From: a virus
Length of the DNA stretch: 64,000 nucleotides
Reading direction: 5' to 3' (one strand)
Virus record (IMG/VR): IMGVR_UViG_3300045988_154140
Span: 4,555-68,554 of that record
Position 1 is the first letter of the stretch, and each line of letters opens with the position of its first letter. The translations under genes were made by a program, and so were the position numbers. The notes beneath the pieces were generated by a model. The model ran no database searches. It saw only the letters and a program-made list of their open reading frames with translations, and was not told the DNA's origin. Below, in pieces: positions 1 through 12,000 of the stretch.

Positions 1-3000
1 GCCTGCACCTCCTCCGCGCTCATCTCTCGCCCGCCTGTCATTGGGTCGGTGAGTTCTGGAGTGGCCAGCACCCAGTCTGGCGCGTCTTCTGTGCCTCTGT
101 TCTCTACCCACATACTGTCTATGACAGCCAGGCCGTTGGTGTTGTGGGCGCTCACAAGGTTGTAGAAGTGTTGCAGAGCCATGTTCTTGTTACCGCTCGC
201 GATGCTTCGGTATGCCACGCTCAGCAGGCCACCCAGCGGGTTGTCAGCCTCGCTCTTTCTGCCCTTTGCTGTCTTGACGGGGTTGCCCAGCTCGCTGCGC
301 TGTCCGTCAAGGTAGTCGTACATCTCTTCTGCGGTCGGGTCAGCCCAGCCGCGCAAGGGTACGAAGAAGTCGTAGCGCCTGAGTTGATCATCCACGTACT
401 TCTTTGTCGTCAGTCCGCTGCTTCTCTGCTTCTCCAGGCTGTACCCGCTCATCGCGCGTATAGCCTCCCAGAGGTCATCAGTGTAGTGTGTGTTTTCGTA
501 GTTCTCTACACGCCTGTAGGCGGCTTCCGTGAAGTCCTCTTTCTCCTCAACGAGTGCCGACAGACCGCTGTAGTCTTCTGTCACGTCTGCCCCGAAGTCA
601 GCGGCTCTTCGTGTCAGCTCTTCCTGCGTCTCCCTCCAAGTCCAGCCGTTCTCCTCTGCATACTCCTTGATGAAGGAAGCGGTGCGGTACCAGTTGTCCA
701 GCTCGTCCTCGTAGAACTCGGCTTCAGTCTTCAACCCGTGTTTGTTTGGATGCTTCTTGATGCTGTCTATCTCTGCCTCTATTTGCTTCACACGAGCCTT
801 GATAGCGGCTTCAGTACCCAGCGTGCTTTCCTCGCCAGCCGCTATGCGCGTCAGTTCGGCAAGCAGTTGTGTGCGTTCCTCCTTCAGCTCTGCGGTGGCC
901 TCGTGTATCTGTTCCGCATAAGACTCATTAGCCTTCTCCTTCATCGCGGCGCGTATGGCCATGTCTCTGTTACGCTCTATGCCGTGTTTGGAGATGAGAT
1001 ACCAGGACAACTCAAGACCCTTGCCTTTCTTGAAGTCTTTGACAGCGCCTATGAGCCTGTACACGGCACGCTGTAGCGGGCGTGCAAACGCACTGTCAAA
1101 AAGCTTCATCTCGTTTGCGTTGCGGCTGCTCAGTTGCAGCATCGCCTTGTATGCGTTCTGCATGTCGCTCACCTTCTCTCCTGTAGCGCGTTCAACGAGC
1201 TTCTGGAACTCGTCAACGCTGGCAAGGTAGTCGAAGTAGCCCTCTTTGGCAAGGAAGGATGCTTTACTCATCACATCGTCCCATGCGCGTTGCATGGTCT
1301 CGCGGCTCCATCCTGCGCCCTCGCTGTCATTGTTCAGCGCACGGCTTATGTCATCCTCACGGAAGAGGTCTTCAGCCGCAGCGGACTCCTTGCCCTCGGT
1401 TTCGTACTGTCCTACTCCAAGTGTCTCCTGCATCTTCAAGTCCTCAGCCGTACCAAGGATGCTGCGGAACGAGCCAGGCTCTTCAAGGTTCTTGTAGCTT
1501 CTCCACAGGATATAGCGCAGTTCATTGTCGGTGAGTACGGGTCCCGCGTAGTCGAAGCCAAGCGTGTGCAGCATATCCAAGAAAGCCTCCTTGATAGCCG
1601 TCCAGAAGGTCGGGTCGGTTGTCTCGTAGTTCATATCCTCTGCAAGGCTCGCAAGATACTCCTCTGTGGCGGTACGCTGGTCGTAGCCCTTCTCCTCCAT
1701 GAGCGCGTCTATCTTCTGCCGTATCTTGTAGTCGCAGCTCTCGTACACGTTATCAAGGAACTGGTCGAAGTGCTCACCGAACAACTGACGCAAGCCGTGG
1801 TGGGCTACCGCCTCATGCAGTATTGTCTTCTCCACATCTGCCATGCTGGTGTGGTTGCCTATAACTACGGTTATCTTGCCAGTAGTCTTGTTGTAGAATC
1901 CTTTTGCCTTCTGTCTCTTGCCCGTGAAGCCCGAACCATCGGCCACTATCTCCACGTTGCTGAGATGCAGCTTCTCTGCCAGCTCCTGCGCGTGTGTGGT
2001 CATACGTTCCCGCATGTTCTCCGCGTATTCTACCTGTTGTCCTGCGCTGTATCGGCTCTTGCCTATCATCTTCGATACGGGGTCATTGGCAAGCGATACC
2101 TCCTCGTCTGTTGCTTGTCCTTCGCCTTCACGCTTGAGCCATTCGCCCCTGTATTCGCTGTTCAGAGCCTCTATGGCCGCATCGTCCATGTAGGCAGCGC
2201 CCTTATAGGCTTGCTGCTTCTCCTCGTCATCCACAACGCGGTAAAGGTCATCCTCAGAAACTTTTTCGTCAGAAACCTTTGGGTTCTCGAAATCTTGTAT
2301 TACCTTTGCCGCAGAAGAAAGTTCTGCGTTATCTGAGGCTTCCGCGATTGGTGCGGAGAGGTGCAGATAATTCAGGGCTTTCTTTTTATCTACAAACCTC
2401 ATATAACCCTTGTTAATCCAAGCGGCAACGCTGTGTCCTTTCTTTCCGAACACGCTGCTCACAATATCAAAGTCGGCCTCTGTTCCTTTCCCTAAGTCTA
2501 TTGCAACGAGGAAATTTCCATTCGCGGTTTTCAATTCCGTTAGCACGGAGCGATTACCTTCTTTCCCTAAGTTGTCAAATACTGCGATAGGATTTGCCAC
2601 GGCCTTTGGCAAGTCATGCAGCTCTTCAATGGAGAAGCCATGTTTTTTCATCTTCTTCGCAACCTTACTGCCATGAAGTCTTATCGGTTTATCAGCGACT
2701 CCCGCCGACAATAATTTTGCGGAGGGGCTTCCCAAATTGAAATTTATTTTGTCGGAATTATCCTCCGTAAATTTTGCGAGTTGTTCATTGAACTTCTCGT
2801 TCACCCTCTCCAGGCTTTCCCCGTCATTCATCATGCGGGGATCCACGCCGTCCAACAAATCCTTCATCACGCGGTCTGCCACTTCCTCGGCTGTGGTGTA
2901 GTGGATATGCAGGAAGTCAGCAACGCTCTTCCAGAACGTATCAAGCGCCTGCCGTATCTTCTGCATCGCGCTCATTGCTTCTGCCTTGTCGAAGATGCTT

Positions 3001-6000
3001 CCGTTCTTGGTAGCCTCCTCCATCTCCTTACGCAAGCGTTCCGCGCCTCTACGGCCTGAGTAGGTAGCCAGCACTTCATCTGCTATCTCGTCATCAGTCT
3101 TCAGCTCGGGGTAATGTTTCTTCACTTCCTCCCATACAGCGGTGTCCTTCATAAGGCCAACCACGTTTGCCCACTCTTTAGCGTTTGACTGTCTCAGAGC
3201 GCTTGCCCACAGGTGCGCATACTCATGCACAGGTGTTTCGCTGTTGGCTATCTTCGGGTCTATGTATATCTTCCCGTCAACGGTAAAGCCGTAAGCCTCA
3301 CCATCGGCGGTGCGGAAGAAGCGTACATGGTCAGTTATCTTAGCATCCTTCTCGTTGAAGATGACGTAGTTCGTATCGCCCTCTTTCGCGCCACCAAAGT
3401 TTCGCCCAGCCTTGTACCTGATGCCGACAAAGCCGAGGGAATACAAAAATTCGCTTGCGGCCTTATCGTCATTGAATGTTGCGTCATCATTAGGCATCCT
3501 AATTGACAAAGCCCTATACAAGTCGTTGCCGTCCAAAAATTTATACCTCTTGTCGAGTTCGGGGTTTATCGGTCTTTTGCCTTGTTGCTCTAATTGCCTA
3601 TTTACTTTGTTCAGCACTCTAGCACCAACCCTGGAATCCCAGTCAAGATAGTTCTTCCCGTTGTCATCGGTGATTTCCACCGTGTAGAGATGTCGGGAGG
3701 GTAAATCGTTCTCTTTTAGTTCACCAAGTTTCTCGTAGTCGTGGATAAAATCGTTATACCCGCTACCCTTTTCCTTGGCTTTATTGTACATCTCAGAATG
3801 GCTGTCAAGAAGTCTTTGTTTTTCCGACTCGAAACTTCTGCCATTATTTAATGCCTCGCGCAGCTTCTGGAGATAATAGTTTCCGAATTTACTTCTGAAA
3901 AGCTTATTATTTGCGTCCTCGGCATACGTTCTACCGATAGCCTTGCTGCTTGTCACATAAGTGCCCCAGCCAAAGGACTGACTCCCCTGACCCTCACCAA
4001 TGTGGCTGTGGTCGAAAGCCTCAAATTCAGCACCAGAACCGTGCCAAACACGATTTTCACGAATGCCCGCAGAACTTTTTTCGCTCTCTTCAAGCAATTT
4101 TTTGCCTTTATCGTAGGACTTTTCAACTCCTTTTAGTAACTTTGCAAGCGGATAGGATGAATCAAGTCTTAATTGGTTCTGGCTACCCACACCATTAGGA
4201 GTGCTTGGCAATTCGTTGTCGAGCACTTCTATTTTTTGTACCTCGTATGAGTGGATGCCATTATCTGTCGCCGCAGATTTTTCCTCGCGCATCAGCGTCA
4301 TCACCCTGCAAGGCACACCGTCAATCACAACAGCACCATAAAACCTGTGCATAAGGGCAATCGGATTTATCCTTGCCCCGCGTTTCCCGTCCTTTCCTTT
4401 GATATAGTCGGGATGCTCTTCCACCTCAACGCTATGGTTTATCACTTCGTCAAGATGTTCTGCCAAAGCCAGATGGGCTCCCTTATTTCCGCTCTTAGCT
4501 TGGTGCTTCGGGCTTAGACAAATCTCTATCGCGTTACCAGAGATTGTATAGTCAAACTCTGTGCCGTTATTGTCGTAATGAAGAACCTTGGCCTTTCCGT
4601 CAGGAGCGTATTTCTCCTTTGCTTTTTGGATAGCCTGCTTCGTGGCCTCAGCTATATTTCCTGTATAGCTATGCCTTGGGATGCCATCGAGCACCTTAAC
4701 TGACATGTCGTTTAAGCCTGGCATTACAATCCCTCGGTTTTCGACAGCCTGTTTCTGTCTTTCTGCAAAACTCTCTGGAGCGTCACCCATTTGGGTTCTT
4801 ACCTTGCCGTTAGCCTCGTCCATCACACGCTGCCCTTCTTCCTCGTTTGTTATGACATCCATGCCATTCTCCCGCATTCTGTCTATCACGGCATCGCGCA
4901 AGATAGCTTCCTCCTTCGTAACAGGAGCAGCATCTTTTCCGCGCTGGTAGCGCTCATCAGCCTTGCGAGAGTTGAAACGCTTTGATGGTGGGATAATATT
5001 GCCCTTGTCATCGCGTGTTACTAAGTCGTTCTGCTTTCTGTTGTTCTTCACATTCTTATACCTGTAGCTCTTGCCGTTGTCGTAGCCCCACTCGTTCACG
5101 TCGTTGCTGTCCCACCAAAGGTCACCAGCTGGCACCTCGTCTTCAATGATACGGTACTTACCCTCCAGACGGTTGTCGCCATGCAACTCAGCATACCTCC
5201 TCGAAGGAGTCACCCAATCACCATTGCGCAACTTGCCCTCCTTTACAGTTGTAGGCACGGCGCGATACACCTTTATCCTCACATCCTTCTTGCCGTTCCG
5301 TATGTCGTCAATGGCTGTCTGTATCGCCTTGCCGCTCTCCTTGCTTGTTGGCAAGCCTTGCGAGTATTTATCAGGATGCTTAAAGATGTCTTCTGGTTGG
5401 TTGCTGTAGCCTGCTGCCATATCCTCCACATTGAGGTCTGGCGAGTCTTCACCAACGGCATTGCGTCTCGCTTCGTCCGTCTCATAATCAGGCTTTGAAG
5501 GTGCGCCCCAAGCACCTACGCCCTGGTAGTCGCTCTCGACATCACCATACCCCTTACGTCTTGCAGCCTCGTCAAGCATCTCACGGGCAGTAGCCTCGTC
5601 ACCTTTCGCCAAGGCATCCGCATAGCGTTCGTCTATCTCGTCTTCTGTGAGTAAAGACAACTCTTCCAAGTGCTGCTGCCTTTTGGCTTCTTCCTCTTCG
5701 GCTTTCTTGCGTGCAGCCTCCATCATGCCACGCTCTATCTCCGCTTGCTTTCTGCGCTCCTCGATAAGCACGTCCACGTCGCCATACTTCGCCTTAATCG
5801 CTTGCTCTACAGGCTCAAACAGACGCTTGTTAGCAAGAAGACCGCTCACTCTATCACGCTCCATCAACGCCTTCTTCTCCGCTATATGCTCACGCAGATA
5901 TATAGCCTTTAGGTCATGAAGAGCCATTGCAGCCGCAGCTGAATTCCTTTCTCTCATACCCTCGGCATATCGGGAAAGCCACATACCATCCAAGCCATAC

Positions 6001-9000
6001 TCCGCTGCAAACTCTGAATATTCGTCTGCTTTCTGGAGACGAGCGTGTGGTTTTTGCCCTGCGGCTTCTTCGGTGCGGATTATCTCCTTAATGATAGCGG
6101 CTTCATTCGGTGCAAGTAGAATTTTGCCTTGTTCGTAGGCATTCCAAGCCCCTATATAGCCGCTATACATTTTTACCGCTAATTCTATCTGTCCCGTTTC
6201 GGCTTTGGTGCTTCCGTATCGTATCTTGCCTATCTTCCATTCGGTAGCGTGGCTATCAGCATGCTTACTCGCTCCCGTCTTATACTTCTCGGGTGCGGGT
6301 GTTGCCTCCCACTTCGTACCTTTGATGACCTCTTCCGTCTTTTGAGGGCGCGTGTCCTTTGCGGCTTTAGCGGCTTTCTTGTATGCGGCTTCCACCGCTT
6401 TATCGGCTTCCTCGTATTCGGCGTTCGCCTTCTCACGCAACTCCTTCAGTACGGGGTCGGCCTTCATTGCCTCACGCTCTTTCTGCCCTTTTTCGGATGT
6501 TGTCTCCGCAGACAAAGTGGCTTGCGTTGGGTAGTGCTCAAAGAGGTAGTCCTGTATCTTCTCCTCCCATTTCTGCTCCACGTCACGCGCATGGTCATTC
6601 GCTTTTATGAAGTCTGGATTGTTCTCTACGAGGTGGCTTTCTATCTCTTCTTTCTGCCCCTTTTCTATAGGCAGTATGGAAGAATTATTAAACACAACAA
6701 CCTCACCTCCATCAATCATATTATGTTCTACAGACCAAGCATTCATATAGTTAATGATGCCATCATATCCCTTACTCTTTAACAAGTTAGAGAACTGAAC
6801 GGCTTCACTCTCGTTAAAGCCTGGATTACCAAGCATGTAGAATGGTTTGGATAGCTTTACATGTGCTTCAAATACCTGTCCATTATAGCCGTATTCTTCT
6901 GCAACGTCCTTGTTTGGAGTAAAGTACACACCACTACCTGCGAAATCCGCACTTTCACCATCGGCGCGTTTGTGTCCTGCTTCAAGTTCTGACACACTGA
7001 TAGATTTATCTAATGTACCATGGTAAAGAGTAATTGGGTTACCTGCATTATCGGCAACGACACCTTCATCTGTCAAGTTTCTATGTTCCTGACTAATAGG
7101 TGTACATCCTCTCTCTCTCAATAGAGTTTGAATTTCCGAAGTGGTATCTTCATCGGCAGGTGCGTTGATTTCCACAACGTCCTTCTTCACTGACGAGTAC
7201 TCACCAAAAGGCTTAGTCTTACGCGTGCTTGACTCAATCCACTTCTCGAAGTCTTCGAGGTTCACAGCGGACACATCAATTCTGCGGCCATTCTCCCAGC
7301 CCTGCTCGTAATTGGCAAGGTAGTCGCTCTTAGCCTCGTCAGCATCATTGAAGCCAAGCATAACCTTGTGCTCGTCAAAACTACCGTCAGGGTTGTACTG
7401 GTCAACGACGAACACCTTGCGTCCGTCCCAACCGTCAATATCATTGGAGAGGAACACGTCAATGTGGTCGCCGTCAACACCCACTGTACCACGAATGTAG
7501 CCGTAAGTGTTGTTCATCTTGCTTTCCCACTGCTTGCCGTCAGCATCAGTGCCCCTACGCACGCTGCCCTGCGGCTGCTCAATGGTGATGTCGAACGTAC
7601 CAACTTGTACATGCCCCTTCTTATAGTTGCCAGCTTCCTTCTGCGCCTCTGTCGGTTCGGTATTCACTTCGGCTGAGGCCGCTTCAATCTGGTTACCAAC
7701 ACTTTTTTCGTCATTTCCTTGCTCAGTTGAAGCCTTCTCTTTACCTTTGCCCTCAGAAGAGGTCGTTGGAGTTTCAGCGTTAATCGTTTCCTCACCGCCT
7801 TGTTGGGGATTCTGAGGCTTTGAAACATCTTCTGCGGTAGAAGATTGTGTCGGTTCGCTCGGCTCGTAGTCTTCTTGATTAGAGTTATTGGTTTGTGGCG
7901 CATCCGTGCCCTCTGTAGCGAGGTCGGACTTATTCCCTTGCGAAGAGTACAAGCCATCTGCCACGTCCGAGGCAGTCGAAACGTCATCGGCGCGTTTCCA
8001 AACCAATTTACCATTAAGAAGGAGGTCCAATATCTTGGACTTCCTTTTTTCTTGATTTGAAATCACGACCTCACGACCATCCTTGCGAACTGTTACAGAT
8101 GTAAAATAATAGTATCGTGAGCCATCAGCCTTGTGGAATGTTTTTACAAATACATAAGAGCTGCCACGTTCGGTAATATCTCCTTCTTTAGCCTCGCTCT
8201 TATCTTCGACTATAAAGTCAGGATTTTCAAGCGTAGGTTTAAGCATACCGAGTTTGCCATTACGTCCTTGCCGCATTAGCTTTGCAAACTGGTTCTCGCC
8301 CATCTTGACATCGCCAACTGGAGTTGGGATCTGCGTACCCTCATCAAATAGGGCATCCCAATTCTCTATTGTCAACTCAATTTGGGGAGCGACTTCTGCT
8401 CGCTCCTCCATCTGAGCAATGAGCGTAATAGCCTCTTCTCTGTTCAGTGTGCCTTCGCCTGCAATTTCTTCTTGGCTGCTTCCACTTCCTGTCGCACTTT
8501 GCGCTCCTCCAGCATTCTCTTGTGCAGCCTCTGGTTTACCAGCGCCTTCATCGCCAGCATCTTCTTCTGCTCTGGTGTCTGCGCGCTCTTCACCTCCTCG
8601 GGTGTCATCAGTCCGTTCGCCAGGTTGTACTTGATGGCTTCCACCATCGCTCTGCTCTTCTCCTGCGGAGTCATTTCCTTCTGTTCCATTGCTCTGCTGT
8701 TTAGCTTGTTCTTCTCTTCTGCGTAAGTCCTCCTCTATCTCGTCTGCGTATAGCTTGGTGAACTCTTGCTCGTCAAAGTTACTATATCTTCTCAACATCT
8801 CGGGCATCTCCTGCTCGGTATATGCGATATAGTCCTCATAAGACATGCCGTAGCGCTCGTTATAGTACGCATCGCGCTGCGCGTTGTACTGCTCCACAAA
8901 CTCCTGCTCTTGGTCAGTCTTATCTCGTCCCGACTTGAGGAAGTCTATAATGGCATCCCTTGCGGCAGCACTGTCACCGCCGAAGAAGCGGCCACCGTTC

Positions 9001-12000
9001 TCAGTGTTGTCAAGGTCAACCAACTTTTCGGACAGGCGTTCTATGCTGTCTCCCTCCTTCGCGATACGTCCTGCCCACTGCTTCTGCTCCAGCGTTCCGC
9101 CTCCAGTCTCTTTTCTGAAGGACTCAGGTGCTATCTTGGCACTTGCCATGAAGTCGGCGATGAACTCCTGCTGTGTGGGTATGCCGTTCTCGGCCTTTCG
9201 CTGTGCTCGGTAGGCCGTGCGTGCGTTATCATCGTTCAGTTCGCCCTCCCAGCCTTGCGCGTCTGCGGGTGTGGTTATTCTCTCCACTTCGGCTTTTACA
9301 TCGTTCCAGTACTGAGCCTTGTGGCGGGCATCTTCCAGCTCGTCTTCCCACTTCTTCTTGCTGGCAAGGTACTTGGCCTTGTCAGTGCCTACCTTGGGCT
9401 TCCGCTTCTCCAGCTTCTTCACGTTCTTGTCGGCTTCCGCTATCTGTGCCTCTATGAACTCGCCCACCTCCTTGTCGTCAAGGGTACCGTCATACAGGTC
9501 TTCCACGGTGGCCTGCACAGGAGCCTTGTCGTACTGGGGTGCTCCGTCCTTATCCAGCGGTATCTTTGGAGTGGCCTTGCTCTCCACAGCGGGAGCGGCC
9601 TCACCCTCCACAACAGGAGCGGCTTCACCCTCCACTACAGCGGAAGACCCGCCAGTTGGCCCCTCCTCGTCTGGTGCGTCCTTGCTATCCACGTAGTCAT
9701 GCAGGAGTTGTTTCGTCTTGGCATCCCACTCAGACTCATCCACGAGGTCTATCCACTCATGGATTGTCTCGGCATCGTTCTCGTCACGCACCCAGCCGTC
9801 AACCATTGCGCGTGCGCTTCTTCCTTCCTCGGTAGCGTCCAACTGCGCGGCCACCTCGCTACGGGTAGGCACTGCTGTATCGGCAGGCGCGTCCTCCTCT
9901 GTAGCGGGAGTGCCCTCTATGACCACAGAAGAACCGTCAGTCGGTGTCTCCTCTGTTGCACCGCCCTCCGTAGTCTCCTCCACCGCGCTGCGCTCTGCAT
10001 CGCGCTGCGCTGCGTCTTCCTGCTCATACACGTAGTCCTGGGAAGACAGAAGCTCGTCAGCGGTGGCCTTGAAGGGTGTGCCGCTTATGGCTTCCTCCTC
10101 GCCTGCCTCGTTCATGCGTGTGGGCAGGAGATAGAAGTTACCCTCCTCATCCTCCTTCACGATGAGGAAGCGCTGTGTCTCGTTATCCTCGTCATCGCTC
10201 TTGCGCATGCTGATGCTGACCGTCTCACCCACGGCGGGCTGCACGGTCTTGTTATGGTGGTTGAGGTTCCAGCGTACTTCATCCTTCGCCTGCTCCCACA
10301 GCTGCTTGCGTCTGGCTTCTGTCTCCTCGCTGGCGTTGACGGCTGTCAGTTCTCCCGCCTCCTCACGCGGTATCATGCGCAGAGCGCCTGTCCCCATATC
10401 ACGCACCACCAGCGTATTGCCTTCGTCAGACAGAGAAGAGGGTACGACATATTCGTTCTCTCCAAGGTTAGAGCCGCGCCATGCGTTGCCCTCCTCGTCC
10501 GACATGAGGTTTAGCGTGTTGCCGTACTTGTCGGCTTCCTCGTCCACGCGGTCATGCGCCCCTGCCATGATACCGCTCAGTCGGACGCTGGACAGATACA
10601 CATCCGTAGCCGCCTTCTTCTGCTCCCAGTTCAGTGTCTTCAGTATCTCCTGGAACTGCGGCAAGTCCATATCCCGCACGGCCATCACGAAGTCCTTGCC
10701 CAGCATTTCGGTAGCGGTTGCCGCTGCATTGTCAAACTCTACAGCGGCATTGTGGCGCTCGTCAACGGCCATCTCATGCCCCGCGTCAAACGCGCTCTTA
10801 TAGCCACGCTGCACACGGTTTGCACTTATCTCCCCAGACATATCGCTTGTGTTTACGCTCTGGTAGGCCACCAGCTTACCAGCGTAGTCCATCAGCGCGC
10901 GCGCCTGCTCGCTGTCCTTCAGCCCGCCATCCTTGAGGACGGACATATACACGTCGCATATATCCTTGATGCTCTCTGCCTCGCGCATGCGGGTCATAAG
11001 AGGTACAGCGGTCTCCTCGCCCAACGACTTGCGCAGGGCATCGGCAGAGGTGTTCAGCTGGCGCTTGACGGTGTAGGAGTTGTAGCGCTTCTGGCCTTGC
11101 TCGATAGCGGCCATGGGCATAATCATCGCGGCCACCGACAAGAATGTCTCCAAGTTTGTCTCGGCGTTGAACATGGAGCCTTTCCAGTCGTTCACGGCTT
11201 TGTTGTAGTCCTCCTCGCTCTTGTAGTCCTCGCGCTTTGGCTCGAAGACACCTCCCGTCAGGTTCATGTCGCCTGTGAAAACCGCGTTCTCCAGGTTGTT
11301 TATCACTTCCTCTGCATACTCCCCGAAGAGGCCGCTTATGTGCGCTTTCTTGCGGAACTCGGCCAGCAGGGAAGCCTTCTGCTTCGGTGAGGATGCAATG
11401 AACCGCTCCACCATGCTGCGTGCCAAGGGCATATCCTTTGCGGCAAGGTTGGCAAAGTTCTTTATCGGGGAGAAGTATTCACCCACCAGCTCGGACTGGT
11501 TCTCGAAGTAGGAAGCCAAGCCCCCCTTGAGGTACGACTTAGCCCCTGTCTCTCTGTCCTCCACGCGGTCATACACTATGCGCCCGCTGTCATCCACACG
11601 GCCTATGAACGTACCCGTCTGCCTCTCGTTTATAGAGGCCATGGTACGCGGCAGGCCAGTGGTGAGTGTTGTACCCAGTGCCTCCACTCCATCACCTATC
11701 ACGCGCCCTGCGGTGTTCATCGCGCGCACGCCCCACTTGCCATATTTGTTCACGGCGGCTACGGTGAGGGCGCGCTGCATGCTCTGCTCGGCGGCGGTCA
11801 TGGTAGGCGCGCCAGTCACGTTCTTCATCACCGTCTTACCCGCTGTCTTCATCGCGCCCTTCAGCACTTCCTTCACGCCTCCCTTGGCAGCGTTAGCCGC
11901 TACTTGCTTCTCCACAGCCGCACCCAGTCCGTTGAGCGGGTTGATGTAGATGCTAGCGGCAAAGCCCGCAGAGGCAGGCACGCTCTGTCCTACGCGGTAG

